This document shows, piece after piece, positions 25,135 to 37,040 of a stretch of DNA of 64,000 bases (positions are counted from its first letter, which is position 1; the number at the start of each line of letters is the position of its first letter). The stretch is from NCBI RefSeq assembly GCF_963921235.1, contig NC_086107.1, positions 96,658,001 to 96,722,000 on the forward strand, written 5' to 3'. Made by a program: the position numbers and the translations under genes. This stretch comes from Mobula hypostoma (lineage: Eukaryota). Under the pieces are notes generated by a model. That model saw only the letters and a list, made by a program, of their open reading frames with translations, was not told the DNA's origin and ran no database searches.

Positions 25135-26417
25135 CGAGGGGTGATTGATAAGTTCGTGGCCTAAGGTAGAAGGAGTCAATTTTAGAAAACCTAGCACGTT
25201 TTTTTTTAAACATAGTCTCCTCCTACACGTACACACTTAGTCCAGCGGTTGTGGAGCATACGGATCCCTTCTTTGTAGAAGTGGTGAACAGCAGGGGTGA
25301 TTGATAAGTTCGTGGCCTAAGGTAGACGAGATAAGTTATTAACTTCAAACTTTCTGCATTATCACTCAAAGAGCTGAACTGCATGCGCATGTGACGAGAG
25401 CATCTTGGACCTCCAGGTGGTCCACAGCAGGGGTGATTGATAAGTTTGTGGCCTAAGGGAGGGGAGGAGAAGATGGCGGCGCGACGCAGTTCCGAAATGA
25501 TATCGTATTTGTGAAGTAGGATTCCATGCACAATCCTGATTTGATGGAGACAGCCGTGACAAGCACGGAGGAACATCTGGAGAAGCTTCTGAAATACCCG
25601 CTTTGCTGCTGCTGCTGCTACTGTGTGATCGAGAATCTCCGGAGGGGAAGGCCCCAAATCCTTGGCTTTGCCTATTGCCTGTTGCCGGGGCTGGGGTCGA
25701 AGTGCTCAGCAGAGATGGTGCTCGGTGTCGGAGGCTCAAAGTTTTCGGAAGGACTCAAGAGTCGGCTGTGGTCGGGTGCTTCCAGGATGCTGCATCGGCA
25801 AGTTTGTGGCACTGGAAGCTCATGGCAGGGAGAGAGTTTTTTTCCTTTTACCGTCTGCGTGAGACGATGGGACTTTCGAGAGACTTTGAGACTCTTTTGC
25901 CGTACCCATGGTCTGTTCTTTATCAAATTACGGTATTGCTTTGGAGTGTTGAAACTATATGTTATAATTATGTGGTTTCTGTCAGTTTTTCAGTCTTGGT
26001 TTGTCTTGTGTTTCTGTGATATCATTCTGGAGGAACACTGTATCATTTCTTAATGCATGCATTCCTAAATGACAATAAAAGAGGACCGCGTGTCCTCATA
26101 ATCTAATCTAATCTAAGGTAGAAGGAGATGAGTTATACAGCTTTCATTACATGCACGTGCAGTTTAACACTTTGAGTGAAAATGCAGAAAGTTTGAAGTT
26201 AATAACTCATCTCCTTCTACTTTAGGCCACAAACTTATCAATCGCCCCTGCTGTGGACCACTTTCTGGAGGTCCAAGATGCTGACTTCTATAAAGAAGGG
26301 ATCCGTATGCTCCACGACCGCTGGACCAAGTGCATAAATGTAGGAAAAATAAGTGTGCTAGGTTTTCTAAAATTGACTCCTTCTACCTTAGGCCACGAAC
26401 GTATCAATCACCTCTTG
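25135..26417. mobile_element. Mariner-like non-autonomous element
   Basis: TA|CGAGGGGTGATTGATAAGTTCGTGGCCTAAGGTAGAAGGAGTCAATTTTAGAAAACCTAGCAC at the left end, its near-perfect reverse complement ending ...CACCTCTTG|TA at the right end, and internal TIR-like sub-repeats. Confidence 0.85.
25458..26112 (+). mobile_element. Non-autonomous retroposon nested in the mariner element
   Basis: Flanked by ctaag (25453-25457 and 26113-26117). GC-rich 5' end containing AAGATGGCGGCG, an AATAAA signal and a (TAATC)n tail. A second partial copy lies on the minus strand at about 51950-52260. Confidence 0.7.
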
Positions 26418-26975
26418 TAACTTCTCATACACTTCAGAACCAACGGTAGCTTCTGTTATCAAGCTTCCTGTTACTAAGGATAATTGCATCCTTTATTAAA
26501 TAAAGAAATAGTCACAAAGAATTTTAAAATCTCTTATTATACCTTGTCACTGTAATGCAACACTTGGGTCCAATCCCTCACAGTATAAGCACCTGTCGTA
26601 AGCTGTTCACTCAGATCCCCAGGCCGCATTACTATTTTATTCGGTTTGGAAAGTGTTGCTCTTTATAGAGCAACAATGGCAGTCCAGTGAAAAGTTCAAG
26701 TTAAGCACACTAATGCTCGATATTCACACCAGCCCACGTCTCAGGGCAATACTCCATATTGCCTGGGCTCTGGCTTGCTGCAGACAACACACTAAGGCCC
26801 TCTGCCCCCGACACACTGGGGAGGGGGAAGAGGATTGCCCCATGGGTCACAGTATGGGTCCAGTGAAGAAGACTGCTTGAATACAGTTACAGTCTACCAG
26901 GGAGCAAACAGAGCTGTAACGGGCCAATCTGTGCTGCATAACTTGTGATCGAGCACAAGGAACTGCTGCAGAATA

Positions 26976-27267
26976 GGGAGGCACAGTAGTGTAGCAGTTA
27001 GCACCACGCTTCACAGTACTGGTGACCCGGGTTCAATTCCCGCCGCTGCCTGTAAGGAGTTTGTACGTTCTCCCCGTGACCACGTGGGTTTCCTCCAAGG
27101 GCTCCGGTTTCCTCCCACAGTCCAAAGACGTACCGGTTGATTGGTTAATTGGTCATTGTAAACGTCCTGTGATTAGGCTCGGATTATATCGGAGATTAAC
27201 GGACAGCGCAGCTCGAAAGGTTGGAAAGGCCTGTCCTGCGCTGCATCTCAATAAATAAACAAATAAA
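26976..27267 (+). mobile_element. tRNA-derived V-domain SINE (HE1-like)
   Basis: tRNA-like head with B box GGTTCAATTCC, V-domain-like core ggtttcctcc...ggtttcctcccacagtccaaagac, and an A-rich tail. Related copies at about 23150, 44950 (-), 47546 and 48810. Confidence 0.8.
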
Positions 27268-27774
27268 AGAATTGCACCCAGAAGTCTAATGATAAACTGG
27301 CCATCTAATTACAGTGCCCCATCTGCCAACTGTTGAGGCTGAAATGAAGTTTGCTTGCAGTGGAAACTTTTGGTTTAGTTGGTAACAGGAGCTCTTGCAC
27401 AATATCACAGCAGCAAGGGCATTTTATCTGAGGGTACTATGGAAACAAGAGACACACCCAGCAGATCTTATCTGCCCAGCCTTGTTTAAGTGAGGCCAGT
27501 CCAACTCCCATATGAAATTGGCAGCAACGGCTCTAGCTGCCTTGTTATGACATCTCACAAATTATGCTGATTTTAACCTACACCCAGCCACAATTCTTCA
27601 TATCAGATCACCAGTCACCTCCTGTCAACCCAAAGCAGATGTCCACAGTGGGAAGGTTCATTTGCCGTGACGCTCTGCCGGTGTTGATGGTGAGGCTGCT
27701 TCGGCTGATCCCGGGATCCCCCGTGTGTGCCTGTGGTCGGTGACCCCGGGTGTTCGGCTCTGTGACAATTGTAA

Positions 27775-29510
27775 TTTTCCATTCCTCTAGAAAAATGCCA
27801 GAATCAGTTGATTCTTGAAAGATTATTATTAATGCCTCCATAATCTCTTCAGCCACTTCTGTGCTGTATACCATCTGATCCAGATGACTTATCTACCTTC
27901 AGACCTTTCAGCTTCCCTAAGAACCTTCTCCCTAGTAATGGTAACCACATACTTCTGTTCCATGACACTCTTGAACTTCCGGCATACTATTATAGCCTTC
28001 CACAATGAAGACTAATGCAAAGTACTTATTCAGTTCATCTGCCATTTCCTTGTCTCTCTCCAGCAACATTTTCTAGTGGGCTGATATCTACTCTTGCCTC
28101 TCTTTTACACTTTATGTATCTGAAGAAACTTTTGGGATCCTCTTTAATATTATTGGCTAGCTTATCTTCCTATTCTATTTTTTCCTTCTTTATTACTTTT
28201 TTAGTTGCCTTCTGTTGGTTTTTAAAAGCTTCCCAGTCCTCTAACTTCCTACCAATTTTTTCCTTATTATATGCCCTCTCTTTGGCTTTTATGTTGGCTT
28301 TGACTTCTCTTGTCAGCCACGGTTGGGTCATCTTCCATTTAGAATACTTCTCCTCTTTGGGATGTATATATCCTGTGCCTTCTGAATAGCATACAGAAAT
28401 TCCAGCCATTACTGCCCTACCATCATCCCTGCCAGTGTCCTTTTCTAATCAATTTTGGCCGGCTCTCTCATAGTCATAGTCGTAGTCATACTTTATTGAT
28501 CCTGGGGGAAATTGGTTTTCGTTACAGTTGCACCATAAATAATAAATAGTAATAGAAATAGTAATAGTAATATTACTATTAGTAAATAGTAATAGTCATG
28601 GAAATATTAAGTAGTAATAAAATAGTAATAGAAAAATAGTAATAAATAAATAGTAATATGTAAATTATGCCAGTAAATTATGAAATAAGTCCAGGACCAG
28701 CCTATCGGCTCAGGGTGTCTGACCCTCCAAGGGAGGAGTTGTAAAGTTTGATGGCCACAGGCAGGAATGACTTCCTATGATGCTCTGTGCTGCAGCTCGG
28801 AGGAATGAGTCTCTGGCTGAATGTACTCCTGTGCCCACCCAGTACATTATGTAGTGGATGGGAGACATTGACCAAGATGGCATGCAACTTGGACAGCATC
28901 CTCTTTTCAGACACCACCGTGAGAGAGTCCAGTTCCATCCCCACAACATCACTGGCCTTATGAATGAGTTTGTTGATTCTGTTGGTGTCTGCTATCCTCA
29001 GCCTGCTGCCCCAGCATACAACAGCAAACATGATCGCACTGGCCACCACAGACTCGTAGATCATCCACAGCATCGTCCGGCAAATGTTAAAGGAACTCAG
29101 TCTCCTCATGCCCCTGTAATTTATTTTTCTCCACTGTAATACTGATACATCTGACTTTAACTTCTCCTTCTCAAATTGTAGGGTGAATTCTATCATACTA
29201 TGATCATTTGTCCCTAAGGGTTGCTTTACCTTAAGCTCTTTAGCTGATTCCCTAGTGGGTTCACCAACAAACTGCTGTAAAAAGACACGCCTTGGACATT
29301 CTACACATTCTTTCTCTTGGGATCCAGCACCAACCTGATTTTCCCAATCTACCTGCATATTGAAATCCCACAGGACTATCATAACATTGCCCATTCAGCA
29401 TGCATTTTCTCTTTCACATTGTAATTTGTAGGTCACACCTTTACTGTTGTTTGGGGGTCTGTAAATAACTCCCATCAGGGCCTTTGACCCCTTCCGGTTC
29501 CTCAGCTCTA
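27775..29510 (-). mobile_element. CR1 LINE fragment with nested Rex1/Babar-like element
   Basis: Minus-strand peptides WDFNMQVDWENQ, NDHSMIEF and QPWLTREVKANIKAKERAYN flank a different LINE. Confidence 0.8.
28471..29100 (-). mobile_element. Rex1/Babar-like LINE 3' end
   Basis: Peptide IYESVVASAIMFAVVCWGS...SHPLH...SFLPVAIKLYN, followed by an (AATAGT)n-type expansion and a short tandem-repeat tail. Confidence 0.75.
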
Positions 29511-30080
29511 CTCACCTTCTGATCCTGGGTCACATTTTTCTAATGATTTGATTTGATTTGTAAGGATAAACCAAGGAAAGTGGCAGCAACGCAGCAGAGG
29601 GAGGCGGATCCACTGTTTGATGCGAAGAACAGTTTCTACTTCGGTGCAAAAACTGAAGCTCTCTAATCCCGAGAAAGAAATTGAGTGTGAAGTTTTCCTT
29701 TATAGAGCTTCTAATGCACGGCGAAAATATGGTGATGTGTTGGACGATCTCAAACCCGGAACATCCCCTGAATTACAGAATATTTGTCCAGTGGGGATCA
29801 AAGAGATGCCACTGTTTCAGAGTTGGACAAGAAGACGGCCAACATGTTGATGTTAGCATTGCAACGCTCTTGCTGATGACAGCCTCAATCTATTAACAAA
29901 ACACTAATGCAACCCTGCTTACCCTGCACCAAGGAGGAAGTCTGGAATGCGTGGTCATGTCAAATCAGACCATTTTGAAGCCCATCCGGCTGGATCTGGC
30001 TCAAAAGGAGGAAGAATCTTCCACATTCTCAGACATGATGGTCAATGCTCTATTCTTGTATATTCTAAATAAACAGGTTT

Positions 30081-30363
30081 TCCCCTCCCCTTCCCATTTC
30101 CATCCCCCAACACCCCTCCCTCCCCCTCCCTCTCATCCCCCTCCCCCTCCTCCCCTCCCTCTCATCCCCTCCCCCCTCCCCCTCACCCCCTCCCTCTCAC
30201 CCCTCCCCCCCCTCTCATCCCCTCCCCCTCCCCCTCCCTCTCATCCCTTCCCCCTCCCCCTTCCCCCTCCCCCTCATCCCCTCCCCTTCAATCCTCCCCT
30301 CTCCCCTCCCCCTTCCCTCCACCTCCCCTCCACCTTCCCCCCTCCCCCTCCTCATCCCCTCCC
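30081..30363 (-). repeat. Low-complexity G-rich tract (GGGGA-type) just inside receptor intron 3
   Basis: The plus strand is almost purely C/T with some A. The tract begins about 19 nt past the TM-exon donor. Confidence 0.9.
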
Positions 30364-30382
30364 TACCGGTGGAGAGACCCAC

Positions 30383-30544
30383 CTGTCTTTCGCTGGGTGA
30401 TGTAGACGAGGGCTGCCAGCAGCACCAGCAGGGAGATGGCGGCCAGCACCAGCAGGCCCATGGTCAGGGAGGACAGCGGCCAGCACTGCGGCGAGCCGGT
30501 GCCGGCGGCACTGCTGCTGGTCGGGGACGGCGCGCTGCTGAAGC
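30383..30544 (-). CDS. VJ-type inhibitory receptor, exon 3 (stalk + TM)
   Basis: Acceptor gtttgctttacag| and donor G|GTGGGT; 162 nt, phase 1-1. Translates (G)FSSAPSPTSSSAAGTGSPQCWPLSSLTMGLLVLAAISLLVLLAALVYITQRKT(G). Confidence 0.85.
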
Positions 30545-32862
30545 CTGTAAAGCAAACGCGAGTCGTTACCGAGCGGTTCACAGACAGACAAGCCCGACAT
30601 CGCCTGGGAGGGGCCGCCGCTCCAGCTGCCAGACTGCGGGGGGAACTCGGCCAGTCGAGCAGCATCCGTGGAGGCAGAGGGACGGTCGCCACGCTGGGTC
30701 CTGCTCCAAGTTCCCGCGTCCGCAGACTCTTGTATTTCTGCTGAAACTGTAGATTTTCACTGGGTCAGAAATCATGGATTTCCTCAAAAATGGCCGAAGC
30801 TGAAAATCCACGGATGGAGACACAGAAGGATTCGGAAAGACGAACATGAACTATTTGAGATCAATGCCCTGATGGAGTGTCACTGACCTGGCACGTAACA
30901 CAGTCCTTTCCCCCATAATTGCTGCCTGAACTGCTGAGTATTTTCAACAATTTTTGCCTTCAGTTAGGTAAGAGGAGTGTTGGTGATCTGGTGTTAGTGA
31001 TACCTGATTCTTTTAGCTTTCCATGCATGTAATGTTAGATGCTCTCCAATTATACCAACACACACACAGATTTTGCAACTCAGCATTGTTCCACCCTAAT
31101 TAGCTCTTCTGCATCCTGACACTATCACTCAAACCTTTCTGAATCGAAGCAAAGTGCATTTCCAACATCTCCTCCATCCAGCTTTGTAAAAATATTTGCA
31201 TCCTTCAATGATAACCAAGTTTACCCTCCTGAACTCCAGAGACAAACAGATCAAGTTCAGAGAACACGTGCCCAACCTCTCAAGCACAGATCCCGCTTAC
31301 CTGAACATTTACCCCACTCTCAAACACAGTTAACTTTAACTTCATTTATTTTACTTTATCGTCGCCAAACAATTGATACTAGAGCATGCAATCATCACAG
31401 CGATATTGGATTCTGCGCTTTGCGCTCCCCGGAGTACAACTCAAAGCAGTTAATGCACACCTCCCAAACACATGCGATGCACACCTAGTCTCCCAAACAC
31501 ACATCTAGTTTATCCAAACACACAAAAAACCTGCAGGTGCCGGAAATCCAAAGTAACATACACAAAATGCTGGAGGAAGTCAGCAGGCCAGGCGGCATCT
31601 ATGGAAAAGAGTAAACAGTCAATGCTTTGGGCCGAGAGCCTTCTTCAGGACTGGAAAGGAAGGGGGAAAGAGTCAGACTAGGAAGGGGGGAAGGGGAGGA
31701 AGTAGTACAAGGTAGCAGGTGAAGGGTGAAACTGGGGGTTGAGGGGAAGATGGTGAAGAGCTGGGAAGTTGATTGGTGAAAGGGATAAAGGGCTGGAGAA
31801 GGACAGAGAGGACAGAAGATCGTGTCGTGGGAGATGGAAGATTGTAAGCAGCGAGCTGGCTGTTGGCTGTGTGCCCAGAGAACCGAGGTCTTAAGGCACA
31901 GAGCTTGGAAAAAGCGATGCAATAGACTTTTAACACCATAAATTGGCGAGCTATTTTGTTATGTCTCCCCTCTTGCTGTGAAATGAGAACACTTCTTTTT
32001 CCCTTATTAGGGAGAGAGAGAGCCTATGGTATGTCGAATTACCGGGTGAGCGAGTAGTCTTTGGGGTACTGCAAGTCTGTGTCTTTATTGATGCTTTGCT
32101 GCATGCTTGAGTGCTCGGTGGGGGGTGCAGATGCTGTTTTGCTGGTGGGGGGGGTCGTCGCTTTGCTGCTGCTTATGCATGGGAGGGGGGAGCTGGGGGG
32201 GGCTTTGGGGTTCTAATGTTCAACTCTCGTTCTTTGGGGCACCCCTCTGTTTTCATCCATGTTTGCAAAGAAAAGGAATTTCAGAATGTATATTGTTAGT
32301 TGTTTCTCTGACATTAAATTGAACCTATTGAGAAGAAAGGGAAGGGGGAGGAGCACCAGAGGGAGGTGATGGGCAGGTAAGGAGATAAGGCGAGAGAGGG
32401 AAACAGGAATGGGGAACGGTGAGGGAGAGGAGGTGGGAGGCCGATTTCCAAAGATTTGAGAAATTGATGTTAATGCCATCTGGATGGCATAAATGTTTAC
32501 CCAATGTGGGCTCAGTTTACTCCATGTTGTTCCAGCCCACTCAGTGTTGATTGTCTGTATAATGTATGCGTATGAAGAGATGACTTTTAATGCAGGTGCG
32601 ACCAATGCAAAGTTTCTACTGAAACACAACAAATTTCAGGTTCCTGCTGGAACTTGTGGAACTGGGTCATGCAGCCGAAATACTTCCACGTACACACAGA
32701 GTATTTCATTGGCGTGCACTGTAATATTTATCATTGTTGTAAGAAGAGTGGTTCAAATGCACTCCACACTCAAGAGTGGGTACACCTGCTTGTTAGTGCA
32801 AATATCTAATCAGCCAGTCACTAGATGCATAAAAGCATGCAGACGTGGTCAAGAGGTCCAGT

Positions 32863-32970
32863 GTGCCTCTCTCTGGCAGCACATCTACTAGAATTGGAAT
32901 GATACGGAGAAGATTAGCAAGGCCCCTGTGCAAGGATGACATGCAAATTCATGAAGTGTTCCATATTTTT
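32863..32970 (+). pseudogene. U6: Full-length U6 snRNA retrocopy
   Basis: From GGCAGC to CATATTTTT the sequence aligns with vertebrate U6 with 9 substitutions by eye, 5 of them CpG-type. The ACAGAGA box is mutated to ACGGAGA and no U6 promoter is visible upstream. Confidence 0.92.
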
Positions 32971-33538
32971 GGGAATAGACCTTCCACCTAGGAAATCAGA
33001 AGCTAAAGGGTTGGTCGGCTTAAGATTAGGGGGTTACGGCAAGACTTGTGCGATAATGGACCTAAGGGGTATCTTTACACAATACACAAAACTGTTGTGT
33101 TTATGGGGAGGAGGGCCGGTCAAACAAAAAGGGAAAGAATTATTTTGACACGAATTAGAACTGAGCATACTATGCTTATTTATTCCTTGTATCTTTTTGG
33201 AAAATGTCATTTTGGATTGTGTAAGCTTTGTCATCACTATGAAACAATTGAACATATACTTCTACAATTGAATCATATAAGATTGAAAGAAACCAAATGT
33301 GGGCTTCATTACAATATTTGGTGGTTGATAGTTTTCATTTAAAAACTTTAAGACAGTGTCATCTTTCATTACTTACAGTCTGTAGGGCTCTTTGGGGTTA
33401 TTTAGCCTTCATTTGAAAGAGAAGCAGTAAGGGTTTTATTTCCCACCTCTCTACACCACACTCCGGTTCGCTTGGTGGTGGTAATGCACCTTTAAATTGG
33501 ACTGCCAACCACCATAGAAAGTCAGAAGGAAAAAAAAG
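32971..33538 (+). mobile_element. Nimb/I-clade LINE 3' end
   Basis: Peptide IILTRIRTEHTMLIYSLYLFGKCHFGLCKLCHHYETIEHILLQ is a degenerate I-group C-terminal zinc knuckle. The 3' end has ggtggtggtaatgcacc...gccaaccacc and an A/G-rich tail. Clade assignment is from recalled consensus, not a search. Confidence 0.7.
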
Positions 33539-34854
33539 AGTTTTTGTTGTTCAGACCGAACATCACAATGGAGAAGAAATGTGGTCTAAGAAACCATAAC
33601 AATTTAGTGATCGCTGGTGCTGGACGAGGTGGTTTGCGTATCTCAGAAACTGCTGATCTCCTGGGATTTCCGCGCACAACAGTCTCTAGGGTTTACAGAG
33701 AATGGCATGAAAAGCAAAAAAAAAAACGCATCCAGTGAGTGGCAGTTCTTTGGGTGAAAATGAGAGGTCAGAGGAGAAATAGCCAGTCTGATTCAAGCTG
33801 ACGGGAAGGTGACAGTGACTCAAATAACCACACATTATGACAGTGGTATGCAGAAAAGCAGCTCTGAATGCACAACATTTCAAACCTTGAAGTGGATGAG
33901 CTACGGCAGCAGAAGACCACATTAAAACCTTCTAGAACTTTCCATTTAACCCCTCTCTGTAATTTATTCTAAAAACACCCATGAGTTTTGATTCTTTAAT
34001 GATTACTATTATACCAGTCTTTGAGGTGATGCATTCCTGATCACAATCTGCTACATGAACAATTTCCTCAATCACTTGAAATGTGAATTTGTAAAGAAGT
34101 CCCCAGCACAAAGTTCAGTGGAGACACATTCCTGACCTGACACAGTTCTCCCCCACCACAGACACAGCTTGATCGGCTGAGTTCCTCCAGCGGATTTGCT
34201 TGTTGCTACAAAACTCAATGACTGAAAGTTTGGTTGATTGCTGAACTCGGCAAAATGTTTGCAGAAGTTTCGGCTCCAACCGAGAAGCCATCGTTGCACA
34301 GTTTAGGGTGTTGTCTCCTCGGAATGCCGGCTTATATACTCCTCTGAGGTCCGAATGGATCTTGATTTGATGTCATGATCTGGGTGACTGGTCAAAACAC
34401 TGAACAGTGTAGACTGAAACCTACAATCAGTGCATCAATGGAGACTGAAGGGAAGTCGAGGTGAAGTGAAACCGCTTAAGTTTTGAGTAACATTTCCAAG
34501 TGGCCTCACTGGCTGAAGGGCATTTTGGGAAGTGCGCAGAGGACATCAGAGATTGAGTTGATCACAGGAAATCAGTAGCAGGGCCTATATATTTTGTCCC
34601 AAAAATATTCTTTATTATTTGAATTTGTAAATATAAGAGCTCAGGAAATGGCCTTTAGGCCCACTAGTCTATGCTGACAATAAAGCATCCTGTTGCACCA
34701 AAATCCCATTTGATTCTCCCACATTCCTGTCAAGCACACCGCTCCCCCTCCCTTGATTTTACCACTCCACTTCACACTAGGAACAGCTTACTGACCCATG
34801 CATCCTTGAAACACGGGCAGAGTAAAAACATGCAGGAAAAACTCGCAGTCAGAA

Positions 34855-35380
34855 TCAGAATCAGGTTTAATATCACCGGCATTATGTCATGAAATTTGTT
34901 GACTTTGTAGCAGCAGTACAGTGCAATACATAATAATAGAGAAAAAAAATCGTGAATTACATTAAGTATACATGAAATTGTTAAATTAAATAAGTAGTGG
35001 AAAATTGAAAGAAAAAAGTAGTGAGGTAGTGTTCATGGGCTCAATGTCCATTCAGAAATCGGACGGCAGAGGGGAAGAAGCTGTTCCTGAATCGCTGAGT
35101 GTGCGCCTTCAGGCTCCTGCACCTCCTTCCTGATGGTAACAATGAGAACAGGGCGTAACCTGGGTGATGGGGGTCCTTAATGATGGGCACCACCCTTCTG
35201 AGGCACCACTGCTTAAAGGTGTCCTGAGTACTACAGAGGCTAATGGCCATGAAGCTGACTAAGTTTACCACTCTCTGCAGCTTACTTCGATCCCGAGCAG
35301 TAGCCCCCCCCCCACCTCCTATATTAGACAGCGATGCAACCAATTAGAATTCTCTCCCCGGTACATCTGTAGACGTTATG
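34855..35380 (-). mobile_element. Rex1/Babar-like LINE 3' fragment
   Basis: Peptide IIKDPHHPGYALFSLLPSGRR...RFRNSFFPSAVRFLN. The same family occurs at about 53430-53840 (+), 55480-55900 (+) and 61630-61800 (-). Confidence 0.8.
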
Positions 35381-35749
35381 ACCTGCATCCTAAGGGTTTT
35401 GAAAGAGGTGGCGATGAAGGTAGTCAGCCCATTGGTTGTCATCTGCCAACACTCCAGAGACTGTAGCATGTTGCCCATAGAGTGGAAGCGGGTCAATGCA
35501 ATAGGACTAAAGTTGGCCTAACTTTAGCAGTGGGGAGATTGGAAGAGTTGATAAAGAAAAAATTGATAACAGAACATATAAGAGGATTGGGCAGAGTCAA
35601 CAAGGATTGATGAAAGGGAAATCATGTTTGACAATACAGTACATTAGAACAGGCCTGGTGATGCGGTGCATATGGACAATAAGATGTCACACAAAAGATT
35701 AAAGTACAGAGTACCTGGAGGCATATGACAAGATAGGCAGAACTCAGCA

Positions 35750-37040
35750 TGGATTCCTTAAAGGAAAATCCTGCCTGACAAACCTATTACAATTTTTTGA
35801 GGAAATTACCAGTAGGCTAGACAAGGGAGATGCAGTGGATGTTGTATATTTGGATTTTCAGAAGGCCTTTGACAAGGTGCCACACATGAGGCTACTTAAC
35901 AAGATAAGAGCCCATGGAATTACGGGAAAGTTACATATGTGGATAGAGCGTTGGCTGATTGGCAGGAAACAGAGAGTGGGAATAAAGGGATCCTATTCTG
36001 GTTGGCTGCTGGTTACCAGTGGTGTTCCACAGGGGACGGTGTTGGGGCCGCTTCTTTTTACATTGCACATCAACGATTTGGATTATGGAATAGATGGCTT
36101 TGTGGCTAAGTTTGCTGACGATACGAAGATAGGTGGAGGGGCCGGTAGTGCTGAGGAAACGGAGAGTCTGCAGAGAGACTTGGATAGATTGGAAGAATGG
36201 GCAAAGAAGTGGCAAATGAAATACAATGTTGGAAAGTGTATGGTTATGCACTTGGGCAGAAGAAATAAATGGGCAGACTATTATTTAAATGGGGAAAGAA
36301 TTCAAAGTTCTGAGATGCAACGGGACTTGGGAGTCCTCGTACAGGATACCCTTAAGGTTAACCTCCAGGTTGAGTCGGTGGTGAAGAAGGCGAATGCAAT
36401 GTTGGCATTCATTTCTAGAGGAATAGAGTATAGGAGCAGGGATGTGATCTTGAGGCTCTATAAGGCACTGGTGAGACCTCACTTGGAGTACTGTGGGCAG
36501 TTTTGGTCTCCTTATTTAAGAAAGGATGTGCTGACGTTGGAGAGGGTATAGAGAAGATTCACTAGAATGATTTCAGGAATGAGAGGGTTAACATATGAGG
36601 AACGTTTGTCCGCTCTTGGACTGTATTCCTTGGAGTTTAGAAGAATGAGGGGAGACCTCATAGAAACATTTCGAATGTTGAAAGGCATGGACAGAGTGGA
36701 TGTGGCAAAGTTGTTTCCCATGATGGGGGAGTCTAGTACGAGAGGGCATAACTTAAGGATTGAAGGGCGCCCATTCAGAACAGAAATGTGAAGAAATTTT
36801 TTTTAGTTAGAGGGTGGTGAATCTATGGAATTTGTTGCCATGGGCAGCAGTGGAGGCCAAGTCATTGGGTGTATTTAAGGCAGAGACTGATAGGTATCTG
36901 AGTAGCCAGGGCATCAAAGGTTATGGTGAGAAGGCGGGGGAGTGGGACTAAATGGGAGAATGGATCAGCTCATGATAAAATGGCGGAGCAGACTCGATGG
37001 GTCAAATGGCCAACTTCTGCTCCTTTGTCTTATGGTCTTA
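35750..37040 (+). mobile_element. Relatively young CR1 LINE 3' part
   Basis: 238-aa open RT segment ([43 protein letters not shown]), followed by the 3' UTR. Confidence 0.92.

Larger units (their letters stand above)
32760..33925 (+). mobile_element. Tc1-like transposon 5' fragment, split by a U6/LINE insertion
   Basis: The leader ...gcatgcagacgtggtcaagagg resumes as gttgttcagacc at about 33545 and continues into the HTH peptide GLRISETADLLGFPRTTVSRVYREW. Confidence 0.75.

Noticed and set aside
26543-26592. Alternative phase 1-0 cytoplasmic exon (GAYTVRDWTQVLHYSDK)
   Set aside because: The frame fits, but the acceptor lacks a pyrimidine tract and the donor is weak. The exon at 23796-23857 has much stronger sites.
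29951-30400. 149-aa proline-rich ORF
   Set aside because: It is the translation of the low-complexity C-rich tract, antisense to a receptor intron.
32863-32970. Functional U6 snRNA gene
   Set aside because: The ACAGAGA box is mutated, CpG decay is evident, the upstream sequence is Tc1 rather than a U6 promoter, and it is fused to a LINE.
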